Source: a virus | Taxonomy: Duplodnaviria > Caudoviricetes | DNA length: 64,000 nt | Direction: 5' to 3' (one strand) | IMG/VR virus record: IMGVR_UViG_3300013383_000017 | Coordinates: 1 to 64,000 of that record | In this document: positions 54,242-64,000 of the stretch, one piece after another | Layout of the letters: every line of letters begins with the position of its first letter | Numbering within the stretch: the stretch's first letter is position 1 | Position numbers and translations under genes: made by a program | The notes under the pieces: generated by a model | The model's input: the letters and a program-made list of their open reading frames with translations, nothing else | Told to the model about the DNA's origin: nothing | The model's database searches: none

Positions 54242-54566
54242 AGAGATAATAAACGAAATAATAGATGGATTAAATTTCTATAATAGAGATTACAATGGTA
54301 CTTTCATTTCTAATACAGTAATAGAATCTTCTAAAGGACCATATAAATGTTTTAAGGATATACACTTTTCTTTATATCATAAGTATTTAAGTAATAATAC
54401 TGTTGTGTTTGAAATAAATTATATGGCTAAAGAAATAGATGGAAGTATAGATAGAGATTTGAAAAATGTTAAAAATCTAATATGCTCGGAGGTATTTAAA
54501 ATTATTAGTAATAAGGAAGAGTTACAAAGATATGGAATTAAACAAAATACAAACACCTTTAGATGA
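54231..54566 (+). CDS. Hypothetical protein
   Basis: Overlaps both neighbours in the operon. Confidence 0.55.
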   Translation: MEYKEIINEIIDGLNFYNRDYNGTFISNTVIESSKGPYKCFKDIHFSLYHKYLSNNTVVFEINYMAKEIDGSIDRDLKNVKNLICSEVFKIISNKEELQRYGIKQNTNTFR

Positions 54567-56805
54567 TTTACATATCGAGAATTATTCAAGAGAAATACAA
54601 GATCAGTTTTGGGAATTCTTTAATTCTGTTCCTTTTATTAAGAATTTAACATCTATAGACAGAAAAAGAGCCTGTGAATTACCAAGAGATAGTAGTGGTA
54701 AAATAATAATAGATATTACAAACCCACATATCTTAGAAGATGTAGATTATTTTAGACAGACAGCAATACATTATCAAAAAACTGGAAAGTTTACTGACTT
54801 AAAACCTAATGGTAATAAAAATAGTGATTATTATAAGTGGGTTACAGAAGAGGTAAGAAGATGTAGGGATGGTTATGTAAGAGAAAGTGATGGGGAGTGG
54901 GTAACAGGAGATTACTATTTCTTCCTAAATTATTGCCCAATGCTTATATCTGTTACAGATGATAGTGGTAAAGGGAAAAAGAAAAATAAAGCAAAGAGAA
55001 TAGTTGACTTTCCAAGATTTTGGGAAGGGCACTATTGGATAACACATTATCTTTATAAGGCTAGACAGGAGGGTCATCATGCTGGGGAATTGTCAAGTAG
55101 AGGTCGTGGTAAGACTTATTTAGGTGCTGCTTTTTTAACTAAGAGATTTATATTAGGGGAATCAAAAGATGTTAATAGGGAAGTACAATGTGTAGTGACT
55201 GCCTATGAAAGAAAATTTATTAGTGGTGCTAATCAGATATTGGATATATTTAAAAAGAATATAGATTTTCTAGCAACAAATACAGAGTTTCCATCTAAGA
55301 AGTTAGTTAACTCTATGCAGGGACTACAATGGGTAATGGGATACAAAGACCTTGATACTGATGCTAATAAAGGTACATTAAATTCTGTAATAGGTATAAC
55401 ATCAAAAGATGATGAATCAAAACTAAGAGGTTCTAGAGGTGTTCTCTACTTGATCGAGGAGGCCGGGACCTTCCCTAGACTTCTTAATCTTTATTCTAAC
55501 ATTAGACCTAGTGTTGAAGATGGGGATAATGTCTTTGGTCAAATATTCTTTTATGGTACTGCTGGTGATGAGTCTTCAGATTTTGCTGCAATGCAAGAAA
55601 TGATGTACAATCCTAGAGGATATAATATACTATCATTATCAAATGTTTATGATAAGGAAGGTCAAGGTAGGAAAGAATTTACTTTCTTTTTTCCGGGTTA
55701 TATTAATATGGCTAATTGCTATGATGAAAATGGTAATTCAGATGTAACCAGAGCACTTTTAAATATCCTTATAGATAGATATACTGTAAAGTACAACTCT
55801 TCTGATGTAAATGCAGTAACAAAAAGAATTGCAGAAATACCTATTACTCCACAAGAAGCTATTGTTAGAACTACAGGAAATTATTTTCCTGTAACTGAAT
55901 TAAATGCAAGACTTAATCAAATAGATAATAACCAAAGATTCTATGATGATGTTCTTATAGGAACTTTAGTTTCTGATGGAGAAGGGGTGAAATTTGTTCC
56001 CACTACTGATACACCAATTAGAGATTTCCCTACTAAAGATAATAAGCAGTTAGGAGCTATAGAATTTTATGAATTACCAGTTAAAGATAGTTCAGGTAAA
56101 CCAACTTATGGTAGATATATAATAGGGCATGACCCTGTAGATGATGATTCTTCAGACACTATGTCTTTAACTTCTACTTTTGTTTTTGATTTATTTACAG
56201 ACCAAATAGTAGCAGAATATACAGGTAGGCAACCTTTAGCTAATGATAACTTTGAGATTGTTAGGAAGTTATGTATTTTCTATAATGCAAAGTGTTTGTT
56301 TGAATCTAATAAGAAAGGTTTATATTCTTATTTTGAAATGATGCATTGTTCTTATCTGCTTGCTGATACCCCAGAATATCTAAAAGAAAGAAGTCTAGTA
56401 GCTTCTATTGGTGTAGGAAATAAAGGAAAAGGTGTTTCTGCCACTCTCCCTATTAATAACTATGCTAATTCCCTTATTAGGGATTGGATGTTAAAACCTA
56501 TAGTAAGTCAGACAAAAGTGACAGAAGAAAAAGATGGGGTAATGATAGAAAATGTTGTTGAAACATCTACTTTTAATCTTTATAATATAAGAAATAGAGC
56601 ACTTATTAAAGAAGCTATACTATTTAACGCTAATGGTAACTTTGATAGAATAAGGGCACTTGGTATGGTGATGCTATATAGAGAAGAATATTTGATACTG
56701 TATGGTGGAGATTCTAAGTCTGCTATATCTAGTAGATTTTTATCTCAAGATAATGATTTAGGAGATGACCCATTTTTTAATTCTTTATATAGACAGTCTG
56801 ATTAA
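54532..56805 (+). CDS. terL: Terminase large subunit (crAss-like)
   Basis: 757 aa; TG.YYFFLNY, SRGRGKT, LIEEAG, GTAG, IGHDPVD and GNFDR motifs. Confidence 0.92.
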   Translation: MELNKIQTPLDDLHIENYSREIQDQFWEFFNSVPFIKNLTSIDRKRACELPRDSSGKIIIDITNPHILEDVDYFRQTAIHYQKTGKFTDLKPNGNKNSDYYKWVTEEVRRCRDGYVRESDGEWVTGDYYFFLNYCPMLISVTDDSGKGKKKNKAKRIVDFPRFWEGHYWITHYLYKARQEGHHAGELSSRGRGKTYLGAAFLTKRFILGESKDVNREVQCVVTAYERKFISGANQILDIFKKNIDFLATNTEFPSKKLVNSMQGLQWVMGYKDLDTDANKGTLNSVIGITSKDDESKLRGSRGVLYLIEEAGTFPRLLNLYSNIRPSVEDGDNVFGQIFFYGTAGDESSDFAAMQEMMYNPRGYNILSLSNVYDKEGQGRKEFTFFFPGYINMANCYDENGNSDVTRALLNILIDRYTVKYNSSDVNAVTKRIAEIPITPQEAIVRTTGNYFPVTELNARLNQIDNNQRFYDDVLIGTLVSDGEGVKFVPTTDTPIRDFPTKDNKQLGAIEFYELPVKDSSGKPTYGRYIIGHDPVDDDSSDTMSLTSTFVFDLFTDQIVAEYTGRQPLANDNFEIVRKLCIFYNAKCLFESNKKGLYSYFEMMHCSYLLADTPEYLKERSLVASIGVGNKGKGVSATLPINNYANSLIRDWMLKPIVSQTKVTEEKDGVMIENVVETSTFNLYNIRNRALIKEAILFNANGNFDRIRALGMVMLYREEYLILYGGDSKSAISSRFLSQDNDLGDDPFFNSLYRQSD

Positions 56806-56913
56806 ATTTAAAATTTGATTAAGCAACAATTAATAATACATTTATGCTATTGTATAAATGTATTATTTTTTGTATATTTGCTTACTATAGTAGATTAAAG
56901 AAGTAAATATATT

Positions 56914-59241
56914 ATGCAATTCGATATATCAGAATTGGGTGGCAGTTTCCCTAAACAATTACTGCCCTTTAGTCAAAAAGGAAGTAAATGGAGAGCACAA
57001 TGTGTTTACTGGGGAGCAAGTAGAAATATAATGACTTCTTCTCCTATAAGAAGGTCTGTAGCACACAAACAAATAAACTATGACCTCTTAAATGGTAAAC
57101 TACACATGGAAGATTTAAGTCTGATACTTAATCCTTTCAATATGCAAGGTGCTTTTATTCCTAAAGCAATACAACACTTTCCTATAATGAATACTAAGAT
57201 ACAGATACTTAGGGGTGAGGAAGGTAAAAGGGTTTTTGACTATAGTGTAATTATAACTAATCCCAACTCAGTTTCAGAAATAGAAAGGAACAAAATGGAA
57301 GAGTATAAAAGGAGATTAGCAGAATTAATACAAACATCACAAGAACAAGGTGTTGACCAACAAAGAGTTCAAGAACTCTCTGATTACATGAATTATAAAT
57401 GGAAAGATATAAGGGAAGTAAAAGCAAATGCCTTTATTAATCATTATTGGAAAGAACAGAATTTTGGATTAAAGTTTAATAATGGTTTTGTAGATGCTTT
57501 GACAGTAGGAGAAGAAATTTATCAATGTACTGTAGTACAAGGAGAACCAACTCTTATAAAGTTAAATCCTAGAAAAGTAAGAATCTATCAATCTGGTTTC
57601 TCCAATAGAATAGAAGATGCCGATATGATAGTGATAGAAGATTATTGGTCACCCGGCAGAGTAATTGATACATACTGTGATATTCTTAAAAAAGAAGATA
57701 TAAAAAGAATAGAGGAATTACAATGCAGTGTTCATTTTGGGGGTAGTAAAGAGAATGTTGATGAAAGGTTAGGTTTTTATAAAACAGACACACCACTTAC
57801 ACCACAAGATTTATTTACTACTGATACTGATACTTACAATGGATTACCTTATGATATAAATGGTAATGTTAGAGTTTGTCAAGTTTTCTGGAAATCAAAA
57901 AGAAAGATAAAGAAAGTAAAGTCTTATGATCCTATGACTGGAGAAGAGATTTTTAATCTTTATGATGAAGACTATATTTGTAATAAAGATATGGGTGAAA
58001 CAGAAACTACTATGTGGATAAACCAAGCTTTTCAAGGTACTATGGTTGGAGAAAATATCTTTTTAGATTTAGGCCCTTGTCCTATTCAATTTAATAGAGT
58101 TAGTAATCCTTCAAAATGCCATTTTGGTATAATAGGCTCTATATATAATCTTAATGATGACAAGCCTTTTTCTCTTGTAGATATTATGAAGCCTTATAAC
58201 TATATGTATGATGTTATATACGATAGATTAAATGGTTTAATTGCAAGAAATCATGGTAAAGTTATTAGACTAGACTTAGCAAAGGTACCAGATAAATGGA
58301 ATATAGATAAATGGCTTACTATTTTAAAAACAGCTGGTATAGCAGTAGAAGATTCTTTTAAAGAAGGTAATAAGGGTCTTGCAACAGGTAAATTAGCTGG
58401 TTCTTTAAATAATGCTAGTTCTGGTGTTGTTGATGCAGAGTTAGGACAATCTATTCAGCAGCATATCTCTATTCTTGAGTATTTAAAGAATGAAATGGGA
58501 GAAGTAGCAGGCATATCAAGACAGAGAGAGGGTCAGATATCTCAAACAGAAACTGTGGGAGGTGTAGAGAGAGCTACATTACAATCTTCTCACATCACAG
58601 AGTGGCTATTTATGACTCATGATGATGTCAAGAAAAGAGTGGTAGAATGTTTTTTAGAGATATGTAAGATAGCATCAAAAGGTAGAAATATTAAGTTTCA
58701 ATACATTACTCCAGAACAGGCACAAATGGTTGTTGATATTGATGGGGATGAATTTTCTGAAAGTGACTATGGTTTAGTTGTGAATAATTCTCTTAATACA
58801 CAAGAACTTAAAGCAAATCTCCCTATGATAATACAAGCTGGTTTACAAAGTCAAGCATTGTCATTCTCTTCTGCTATGAAGATATGGAGTGCTAATTCTG
58901 TGGTTGAAAAGCAAAGAATGATAGAAGCTGATGAGAAGAGAATCAGAGAGCAACAACAACAAGCACAGCAGCAGCAACTAGAGTCACAACAACAAATTGC
59001 TCAAATGCAGCAACAGTTGGAAGAAGCAAAACTAGAGCAGGCAGATTTATTAAATAAGAGGGATAATGATACTAAAGTTCTAATTGCTACTATAAATGCT
59101 CAATCTCATTCTTATGAAAATGATAAAGAGAGACTAGAGGAATCAAAAAGGCAATTTGATGCTAAACTTTCTTTAGACAAAGAAAAGTTTTCTTTTGATA
59201 AGGAGATAGCTAATAAAAGAGTGAATCAAAAGAAAAAATGA
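56914..59241 (+). CDS. Portal protein (crAss-like)
   Basis: 775 aa; P.Q.LPF..K, NYDL.NG, AGISRQREG.I...ETVGGVERA..QSS motifs; Q-rich tail. Confidence 0.88.
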   Translation: MQFDISELGGSFPKQLLPFSQKGSKWRAQCVYWGASRNIMTSSPIRRSVAHKQINYDLLNGKLHMEDLSLILNPFNMQGAFIPKAIQHFPIMNTKIQILRGEEGKRVFDYSVIITNPNSVSEIERNKMEEYKRRLAELIQTSQEQGVDQQRVQELSDYMNYKWKDIREVKANAFINHYWKEQNFGLKFNNGFVDALTVGEEIYQCTVVQGEPTLIKLNPRKVRIYQSGFSNRIEDADMIVIEDYWSPGRVIDTYCDILKKEDIKRIEELQCSVHFGGSKENVDERLGFYKTDTPLTPQDLFTTDTDTYNGLPYDINGNVRVCQVFWKSKRKIKKVKSYDPMTGEEIFNLYDEDYICNKDMGETETTMWINQAFQGTMVGENIFLDLGPCPIQFNRVSNPSKCHFGIIGSIYNLNDDKPFSLVDIMKPYNYMYDVIYDRLNGLIARNHGKVIRLDLAKVPDKWNIDKWLTILKTAGIAVEDSFKEGNKGLATGKLAGSLNNASSGVVDAELGQSIQQHISILEYLKNEMGEVAGISRQREGQISQTETVGGVERATLQSSHITEWLFMTHDDVKKRVVECFLEICKIASKGRNIKFQYITPEQAQMVVDIDGDEFSESDYGLVVNNSLNTQELKANLPMIIQAGLQSQALSFSSAMKIWSANSVVEKQRMIEADEKRIREQQQQAQQQQLESQQQIAQMQQQLEEAKLEQADLLNKRDNDTKVLIATINAQSHSYENDKERLEESKRQFDAKLSLDKEKFSFDKEIANKRVNQKKK

Positions 59242-59316
59242 TTAAAATAAAACCTAATAAAAAATATAATAAATATAGGGGTAGGAAACTATCCCTATGT
59301 TATTAAATTCATTATT

Positions 59317-59934
59317 ATGAAAATTAAAACAGGGATTGAAATAGTATCTATGCTTTTTATTTTATTCTTTATTGTGGGAAGTATTATTCAAAATAAAGAG
59401 CTAAAAGAGGCAAGAGAAAAAATAGAGATTCTAAATAGAAATTATTTTACATTAGAAAAAGAATATAATAATGCCTTAAATCAAAATTCTTTATACATTT
59501 TTACTATTGATAACCTAAGAAACTCTAATGATTCCATTATTATGGAATTAGAGAAGACAAGAAAACAATTAAAAATTAAAGATAAAGATATAAAAGAACT
59601 AGGCTATTTACTATCACAAGCTAATAAAAAGGATACTATATTTTTAAAAGATACTATTTTTAGAGAGAAAGTAGTTGTGGATACTGTTATTACTGATTCT
59701 ACATGGTATAAAACAAATATACATCTAGAATATCCTAATATAATACAATTGGAACAATCTTTTATTAGTGAAAAAGAATTATTTTTTTACAAACATACAG
59801 AAATAATAAACCCTTCTAAATGCTGGTTTATAAATTTATTTAAGAAAAAAAGGGATACAATGGAAGTAGTAGTGGAAGAAAAGAATCCTTATATAAAAAA
59901 TAAAAAACAAAAATTTATACATATAATACAATGA
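59317..59934 (+). CDS. Spanin-like lysis protein
   Basis: N-terminal TM, coiled coil, DTIF..DT repeats, NPY. Confidence 0.6.
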   Translation: MKIKTGIEIVSMLFILFFIVGSIIQNKELKEAREKIEILNRNYFTLEKEYNNALNQNSLYIFTIDNLRNSNDSIIMELEKTRKQLKIKDKDIKELGYLLSQANKKDTIFLKDTIFREKVVVDTVITDSTWYKTNIHLEYPNIIQLEQSFISEKELFFYKHTEIINPSKCWFINLFKKKRDTMEVVVEEKNPYIKNKKQKFIHIIQ

Positions 59935-60263
59935 TTGAGCCTTTATCTACACTACTAATCACTGCTGGTACTTCTTGTATTACTGGTTTTACTACTTGGT
60001 TTTTCTCTAGGAGAAAATATAATCAAGAAGTTGCAGGTGATAATATAAAAAATCTTCAAGAATCTTTAGATTTTTATATTAAATTATCAGATGATAATAA
60101 TAAAAGATTGGGAGAGATTCTTGAAAGAAATAACCAATTAGAGAAACAGATAATTGAAGTTAAAAAGGAAAATTTTGATTTGAAAGAACTTATGAATGAT
60201 CAAATACTTCAAATAGAAACCCTTACAAAACAGGTTAATTTACTAATACAAAAAAACAAATAA
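59931..60263 (+). CDS. Holin-like TM plus coiled-coil protein
   Basis: TM followed by W.F.RRKY..EV. Confidence 0.55.
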   Translation: MIEPLSTLLITAGTSCITGFTTWFFSRRKYNQEVAGDNIKNLQESLDFYIKLSDDNNKRLGEILERNNQLEKQIIEVKKENFDLKELMNDQILQIETLTKQVNLLIQKNK

Positions 60264-60265
60264 TT

Positions 60266-60364
60266 ATGGGAAAGAAAAAAACAGGAAGAGCAAAACCTAT
60301 GGTTGGGAAAGCAGGAGTACCCAAAAAGGATACTGGAAACTCAAAAAGGGGAAAATGCAAATAA
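60266..60364 (+). CDS. 32-aa basic peptide
   Basis: MGKKKTGRAKPMVGKAGVPKKDTGNSKRGKCK, with an AT-rich initiation region; not in the ORF track. Confidence 0.5.
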   Translation: MGKKKTGRAKPMVGKAGVPKKDTGNSKRGKCK

Positions 60365-60767
60365 TAGATTATTATATAAAGTATTTTTAATTTCTATTAA
60401 ATATTCCCCATTACTACTGATTGTTCTCAGTCTTACAAATACAATACATGGTTATTTTAATTTGACTATATGTATATGTAATTATATTGGTGGTATATCT
60501 ATTATTCTGCTTTTAATATTATATCTATCTTCTTTGGTATTTAAATTTTGTAAATACTATAAAATGGCACTTTTTTATCTATTAATTAATTGGGCTATTA
60601 ATATTATAGATTGTTATATTGGAATACCTATATCTGATTTTAGATATTTGGAATTGCAGCTGTTTGTTTTTGGTACTTTTTTAATTTTAATGTTAATTAG
60701 TTATGTTAGAAATCATAAAGAAACTCTTACTGCAAATAGTAAAAGACATAGATACAGGCAACTCTAA
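60303..60767 (+). CDS. 4-TM membrane protein (start uncertain)
   Basis: Hydrophobic; FKFC.Y motif. Confidence 0.6.
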   Translation: MGKQEYPKRILETQKGENANNRLLYKVFLISIKYSPLLLIVLSLTNTIHGYFNLTICICNYIGGISIILLLILYLSSLVFKFCKYYKMALFYLLINWAINIIDCYIGIPISDFRYLELQLFVFGTFLILMLISYVRNHKETLTANSKRHRYRQL

Positions 60768-60978
60768 CCTTACAGAAGAAGAACAAATAAAAGCAATACA
60801 AGAAATTAAAAACTTTACAAGGAAAGACATAGGTTTAAGTAAAAGCCAAGCATGTTCTTTTTTAAATATCAGTAGGGCTAAATTTGATAATTTAGTAAAG
60901 AATGGCAAGTTACCTAAAGGAAAGAAAGTGCTTGGTTTTAAAGAACTTAGATGGTATAAAAAAGATTTAAAATTATGA
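60703..60978 (+). CDS. HTH (AlpA/excisionase-like) protein
   Basis: SK.QAC.FL.ISRA.FD..V..G.LP.G...W. Confidence 0.7.
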   Translation: MLEIIKKLLLQIVKDIDTGNSNLTEEEQIKAIQEIKNFTRKDIGLSKSQACSFLNISRAKFDNLVKNGKLPKGKKVLGFKELRWYKKDLKL

Positions 60979-61469
60979 TTACTATAGAAGAGCAAATCAG
61001 AAAAATAATAAAATCTTCTTTACCTCCTAAAGATGAAAGTGTTATATGGTTAGATGTTTCTAACCCAAGTAAGCCACTATTAAAGTATTATGATTTTGGT
61101 GAGTGGGTACCTATGTCAACTACAGATGTTGAAGTAGCAGGTATTAAAGATGAGATTAAAAATCTAAAGAAAGAAGTAGATACAAAATGTAGTGGTATAA
61201 AAATATATAATGTAGACGAAAAAGAGTTAATATCTGAAAGTATAGGAGATGTTGTAACTATTAAAGTAGGTAAGATTCCTATAGAAAAAATAGATGGTTT
61301 AGAAGAGAAATTGTCTAGTCTTTCTTCTGGTATAGAAGGTATTAAAATAATAAAACATGATAATGTTACTATGCTTCCTATAGATAAAAATAAAAATGCT
61401 AATATTCAATTAGGGAATTCTTTATCTATTGACACTAATACATTAAATCTTGTTTGGGAAGAAAATTAA
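60975..61469 (+). CDS. Tail-fibre-associated protein
   Basis: PP....IWLD...LKY...GEW motif. Confidence 0.55.
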   Translation: MITIEEQIRKIIKSSLPPKDESVIWLDVSNPSKPLLKYYDFGEWVPMSTTDVEVAGIKDEIKNLKKEVDTKCSGIKIYNVDEKELISESIGDVVTIKVGKIPIEKIDGLEEKLSSLSSGIEGIKIIKHDNVTMLPIDKNKNANIQLGNSLSIDTNTLNLVWEEN

Positions 61470-61492
61470 CTTATTAATTTATATTAAATTAT

Positions 61493-62740
61493 ATGGCAAA
61501 CACAAAATTAAAATTTAGAAAATTGGCAGCCGCCCCTACATCTGGGATGACTGCAGGAGAGGTGATTTTCTGTACAGGTGACCATACTATCTATGTGGCT
61601 ACCAGCGATACAGCAAAGCAGGCTTTTTATGGTGGAAATGTAAAAAATGTTACTTCCACCGATGGTAAGCTAATCTTCTCCTTTATGGATGGAACGAAGA
61701 ATTTGGAAGTTGACTTTAGTGATATGAACTCCACCCTTGCAACACTTACTAATTCTGTTAGTGACTTACAGGGAAGAGTTGACATTCTGGTAGGAAATCA
61801 ATTGGTTGAGGGTAAGGATATTCATTTTACTACTGGGGAAGAAGCTACTGTAGATAATCCACAGAATGCTATAAATGTATCACTTGATAAGGATATTACT
61901 GTTATGGGTGTTACCGTGGGTAATCTTACTAATGGTAGTAAACTTTTAAAAGGTAAATCTCTTTCTGAAATACTTCAGCAGATATTGATGAAGACAATTG
62001 ATGCAAAGGTGGGTGCATATCCATCTGTCACACTAACTGCAACAGGTATAAGCAATGGCCAAAGAGTTGAAGTTGGTGCTAATGTTACTGCTACACTTTC
62101 TTATACTTATATTGATGGTAAGTTTGTGGGAGCAGAAAGTGCTTACTCTTATAATCAAGTAGCTGGATGTACAAAGGGGGCAGTCAAGTACTATTGTAAT
62201 GGTTCAGAGATTACTTCTCCTCACAAGCCGTCTCTTACTGAAGATGCTTTCCAGTACAAATGTACGGCAGCATATAGTGCAAGTACTAATACTCCAAAGA
62301 AAAATGATGGAACAAATTCTGCTGTAAAGATAGCAGCAGGAACTGCAACATCAAATATTATAACCATTTATGCGAGGTATCCTATCTATACTAATGGCGT
62401 TACTTCGTCTATATCAGATACCACTGCTCCTACTGTAACTGCAACGGCTGATAGCACAAAATTACCTCTTGTGGATAATGGAACTCAATTCGGAGTTGCT
62501 TTTGCAGCTATGACTACTTCTACTGGTTATCGTCTTTTACTCCACGATGGAAAGAAGATAACATCAGCAAAGGCTTTAAATGGTCTTACTGGTAAGTATG
62601 ATATTGATGTTACTTCAAAGTTTGTTAAAGGTTCTTCAGTTTCAAAAGCAGTGGGGACCGGTTCTTCTACTTATAATGTATGGGAATACAAAGCAACAGA
62701 AGGCGCTAATAGAGTGGTTTTTACAATTGGTAATGAATAG
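61493..62740 (+). CDS. Tail fibre / spike protein
   Basis: Thr/Gly-rich, beta-structured, higher GC than flanks. Confidence 0.65.
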   Translation: MANTKLKFRKLAAAPTSGMTAGEVIFCTGDHTIYVATSDTAKQAFYGGNVKNVTSTDGKLIFSFMDGTKNLEVDFSDMNSTLATLTNSVSDLQGRVDILVGNQLVEGKDIHFTTGEEATVDNPQNAINVSLDKDITVMGVTVGNLTNGSKLLKGKSLSEILQQILMKTIDAKVGAYPSVTLTATGISNGQRVEVGANVTATLSYTYIDGKFVGAESAYSYNQVAGCTKGAVKYYCNGSEITSPHKPSLTEDAFQYKCTAAYSASTNTPKKNDGTNSAVKIAAGTATSNIITIYARYPIYTNGVTSSISDTTAPTVTATADSTKLPLVDNGTQFGVAFAAMTTSTGYRLLLHDGKKITSAKALNGLTGKYDIDVTSKFVKGSSVSKAVGTGSSTYNVWEYKATEGANRVVFTIGNE

Positions 62741-62751
62741 GAGGAAAAATT

Positions 62752-64000
62752 ATGGGAAAGAAATTTAATGGAAATATTAAGCTTGCATCTGCAATAAATA
62801 GAACAGGTGCTCAACCTCTTGATGATAGTGTTGTTGTTGCAACAGTTGCGGATTTATATAATAGTTTTGGTGCTACTGCTTACGAAGGTATGATGGTATG
62901 TGTCCTCGCCGACCATAATATTTATGTCTTGACAGATGTATCTAAAGTAAGTACAGCAGCCGGATGGAAAAAGATTGGTGATGCATCAAGTGACATATCT
63001 GGTGCAATTGCTGCCCTTGATGTTACTTCAAATAAAAGTGCTTCTGTTGCTGGTATAGCAGTAACTGTTAATCAGACAGATGGTAAAGTACAAAAACCAG
63101 TTGTAGAAGTCACTGCAGGTAGTGTAGCAAGTGGCAATGCAAATGTAGTAACGGGCGGTGCAGTATATACTGCAATTAATAATGCATTAGGAAGTGTCTA
63201 TAAGGTTAAGGGAAGTTATTCTACCCTTGATGCTCTTGAAGATGGTGTAGCCGAAGCAAATAGAAAGGAGGGTGATGTTTATAACATTGAGCAGGGGTTC
63301 ACTCTTGCTAATAAGAAATATCCAGCAGGAACTAATGTTGTGTGGGTTGCAGAGCAGACTATCGGGCAGCTGGTGACCGCAGCACATTGGGATGCTCTTG
63401 GTGGAACGATAGACCTTTCTAATTTTGCCACTGCAGCACAGGGAAAATTGGCTGATACTGCTATGCAGGGTGCTTCTGGTGATAGTTACATATCAGCCGT
63501 AGCTGGTGGTACTGCAGGCAAGACAGTCACAGTTACTGCCAATGTAACAAAGATGGCTGATGTTAAGACTGGTACTGTCGCACTTGCCGATGCTGCTGAT
63601 GTTAAGTCTTATGTTGATACAAAGGCATCAGCTGCAGCATCTGCTGGTGTTACTTCTTTAGGAGGAAAAACTGGTGCTATATCAGTAGACTCTGGGAAGA
63701 CCACACTTGGAGATGTCAATTTCACTATCAGTGATGATAAAAAACTAACTGGTTCAGTTGCTGGTATCAAGTCAGCAGCAGGAAAAGAAGCAAGTGATTT
63801 TGCAACTGCTGCACAAGGAGCAAAGGCTGATAGTGCAGTGCAGTCTGTTACAGGAAGTGGTTGTGTGAAGGTTGTAAAAGATGATGCTTTTACTAATGGT
63901 GCTATTGTTTCTGTTACCACAAAAGATATAAAAACAGCAACAGAGAGAGATGATGGTCTTGTAATTGCATCAGATGTGCAAAGTTATGTTAGCACCTCTA
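62752..64000 (+). CDS. Tail fibre protein (partial, runs off window end)
   Basis: MGKKFNGN...PLDD, YEGMMV.V, YKVKGS, GDVYN, WDALGG, ATAAQG.AD motifs. Confidence 0.75.
   Translation, partial: MGKKFNGNIKLASAINRTGAQPLDDSVVVATVADLYNSFGATAYEGMMVCVLADHNIYVLTDVSKVSTAAGWKKIGDASSDISGAIAALDVTSNKSASVAGIAVTVNQTDGKVQKPVVEVTAGSVASGNANVVTGGAVYTAINNALGSVYKVKGSYSTLDALEDGVAEANRKEGDVYNIEQGFTLANKKYPAGTNVVWVAEQTIGQLVTAAHWDALGGTIDLSNFATAAQGKLADTAMQGASGDSYISAVAGGTAGKTVTVTANVTKMADVKTGTVALADAADVKSYVDTKASAAASAGVTSLGGKTGAISVDSGKTTLGDVNFTISDDKKLTGSVAGIKSAAGKEASDFATAAQGAKADSAVQSVTGSGCVKVVKDDAFTNGAIVSVTTKDIKTATERDDGLVIASDVQSYVSTS

Noticed and set aside
41735-64000. Stop-codon reassignment in the crAss-like half
   Set aside because: TerL, portal and other long genes are intact in code 11, TAG and TGA both serve as terminal stops, and the only tRNA is Leu(TAA).

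Overview
The window is entirely phage DNA and contains parts of two unrelated Bacteroidota phages joined seamlessly at about 41.7 kb. Part A (1 to ~41,730; roughly 40-45% GC by eye, CpG common) is most of a siphovirus. Its capsid, scaffold, tail-tube and portal proteins resemble, from memory, those of Bacteroides phages B40-8/B124-14. It carries replication/recombination genes, lysis, tail fibres, tape measure, head and packaging genes, RNase H, dUTPase, ThyX, a DNA MTase, a PAPS-reductase-family gene and many small accessory genes. Part B (~41,735 to 64,000; ~28-30% GC, CpG-poor) is a crAss-like (Crassvirales) segment with tRNA-Leu, M15 endolysin, exonuclease, a triple-muralytic protein, TerL, portal, spanin/holin and tail fibres. 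The most unusual signals are non-coding: (1) a tandem array of three interlocked promoter-sRNA-terminator cassettes at 3.5-3.85 kb, whose bodies read as antisense to translation-initiation regions; (2) a tRNA scaffold with a greatly expanded anticodon arm; (3) two large structured RNA candidates, one per phage, that share motifs; (4) a strand-composition gradient running away from each putative genome end; (5) a GCATC cluster beside terS. All family assignments come from motif recognition only. No searches were run, and GC values and motif counts are eye estimates.
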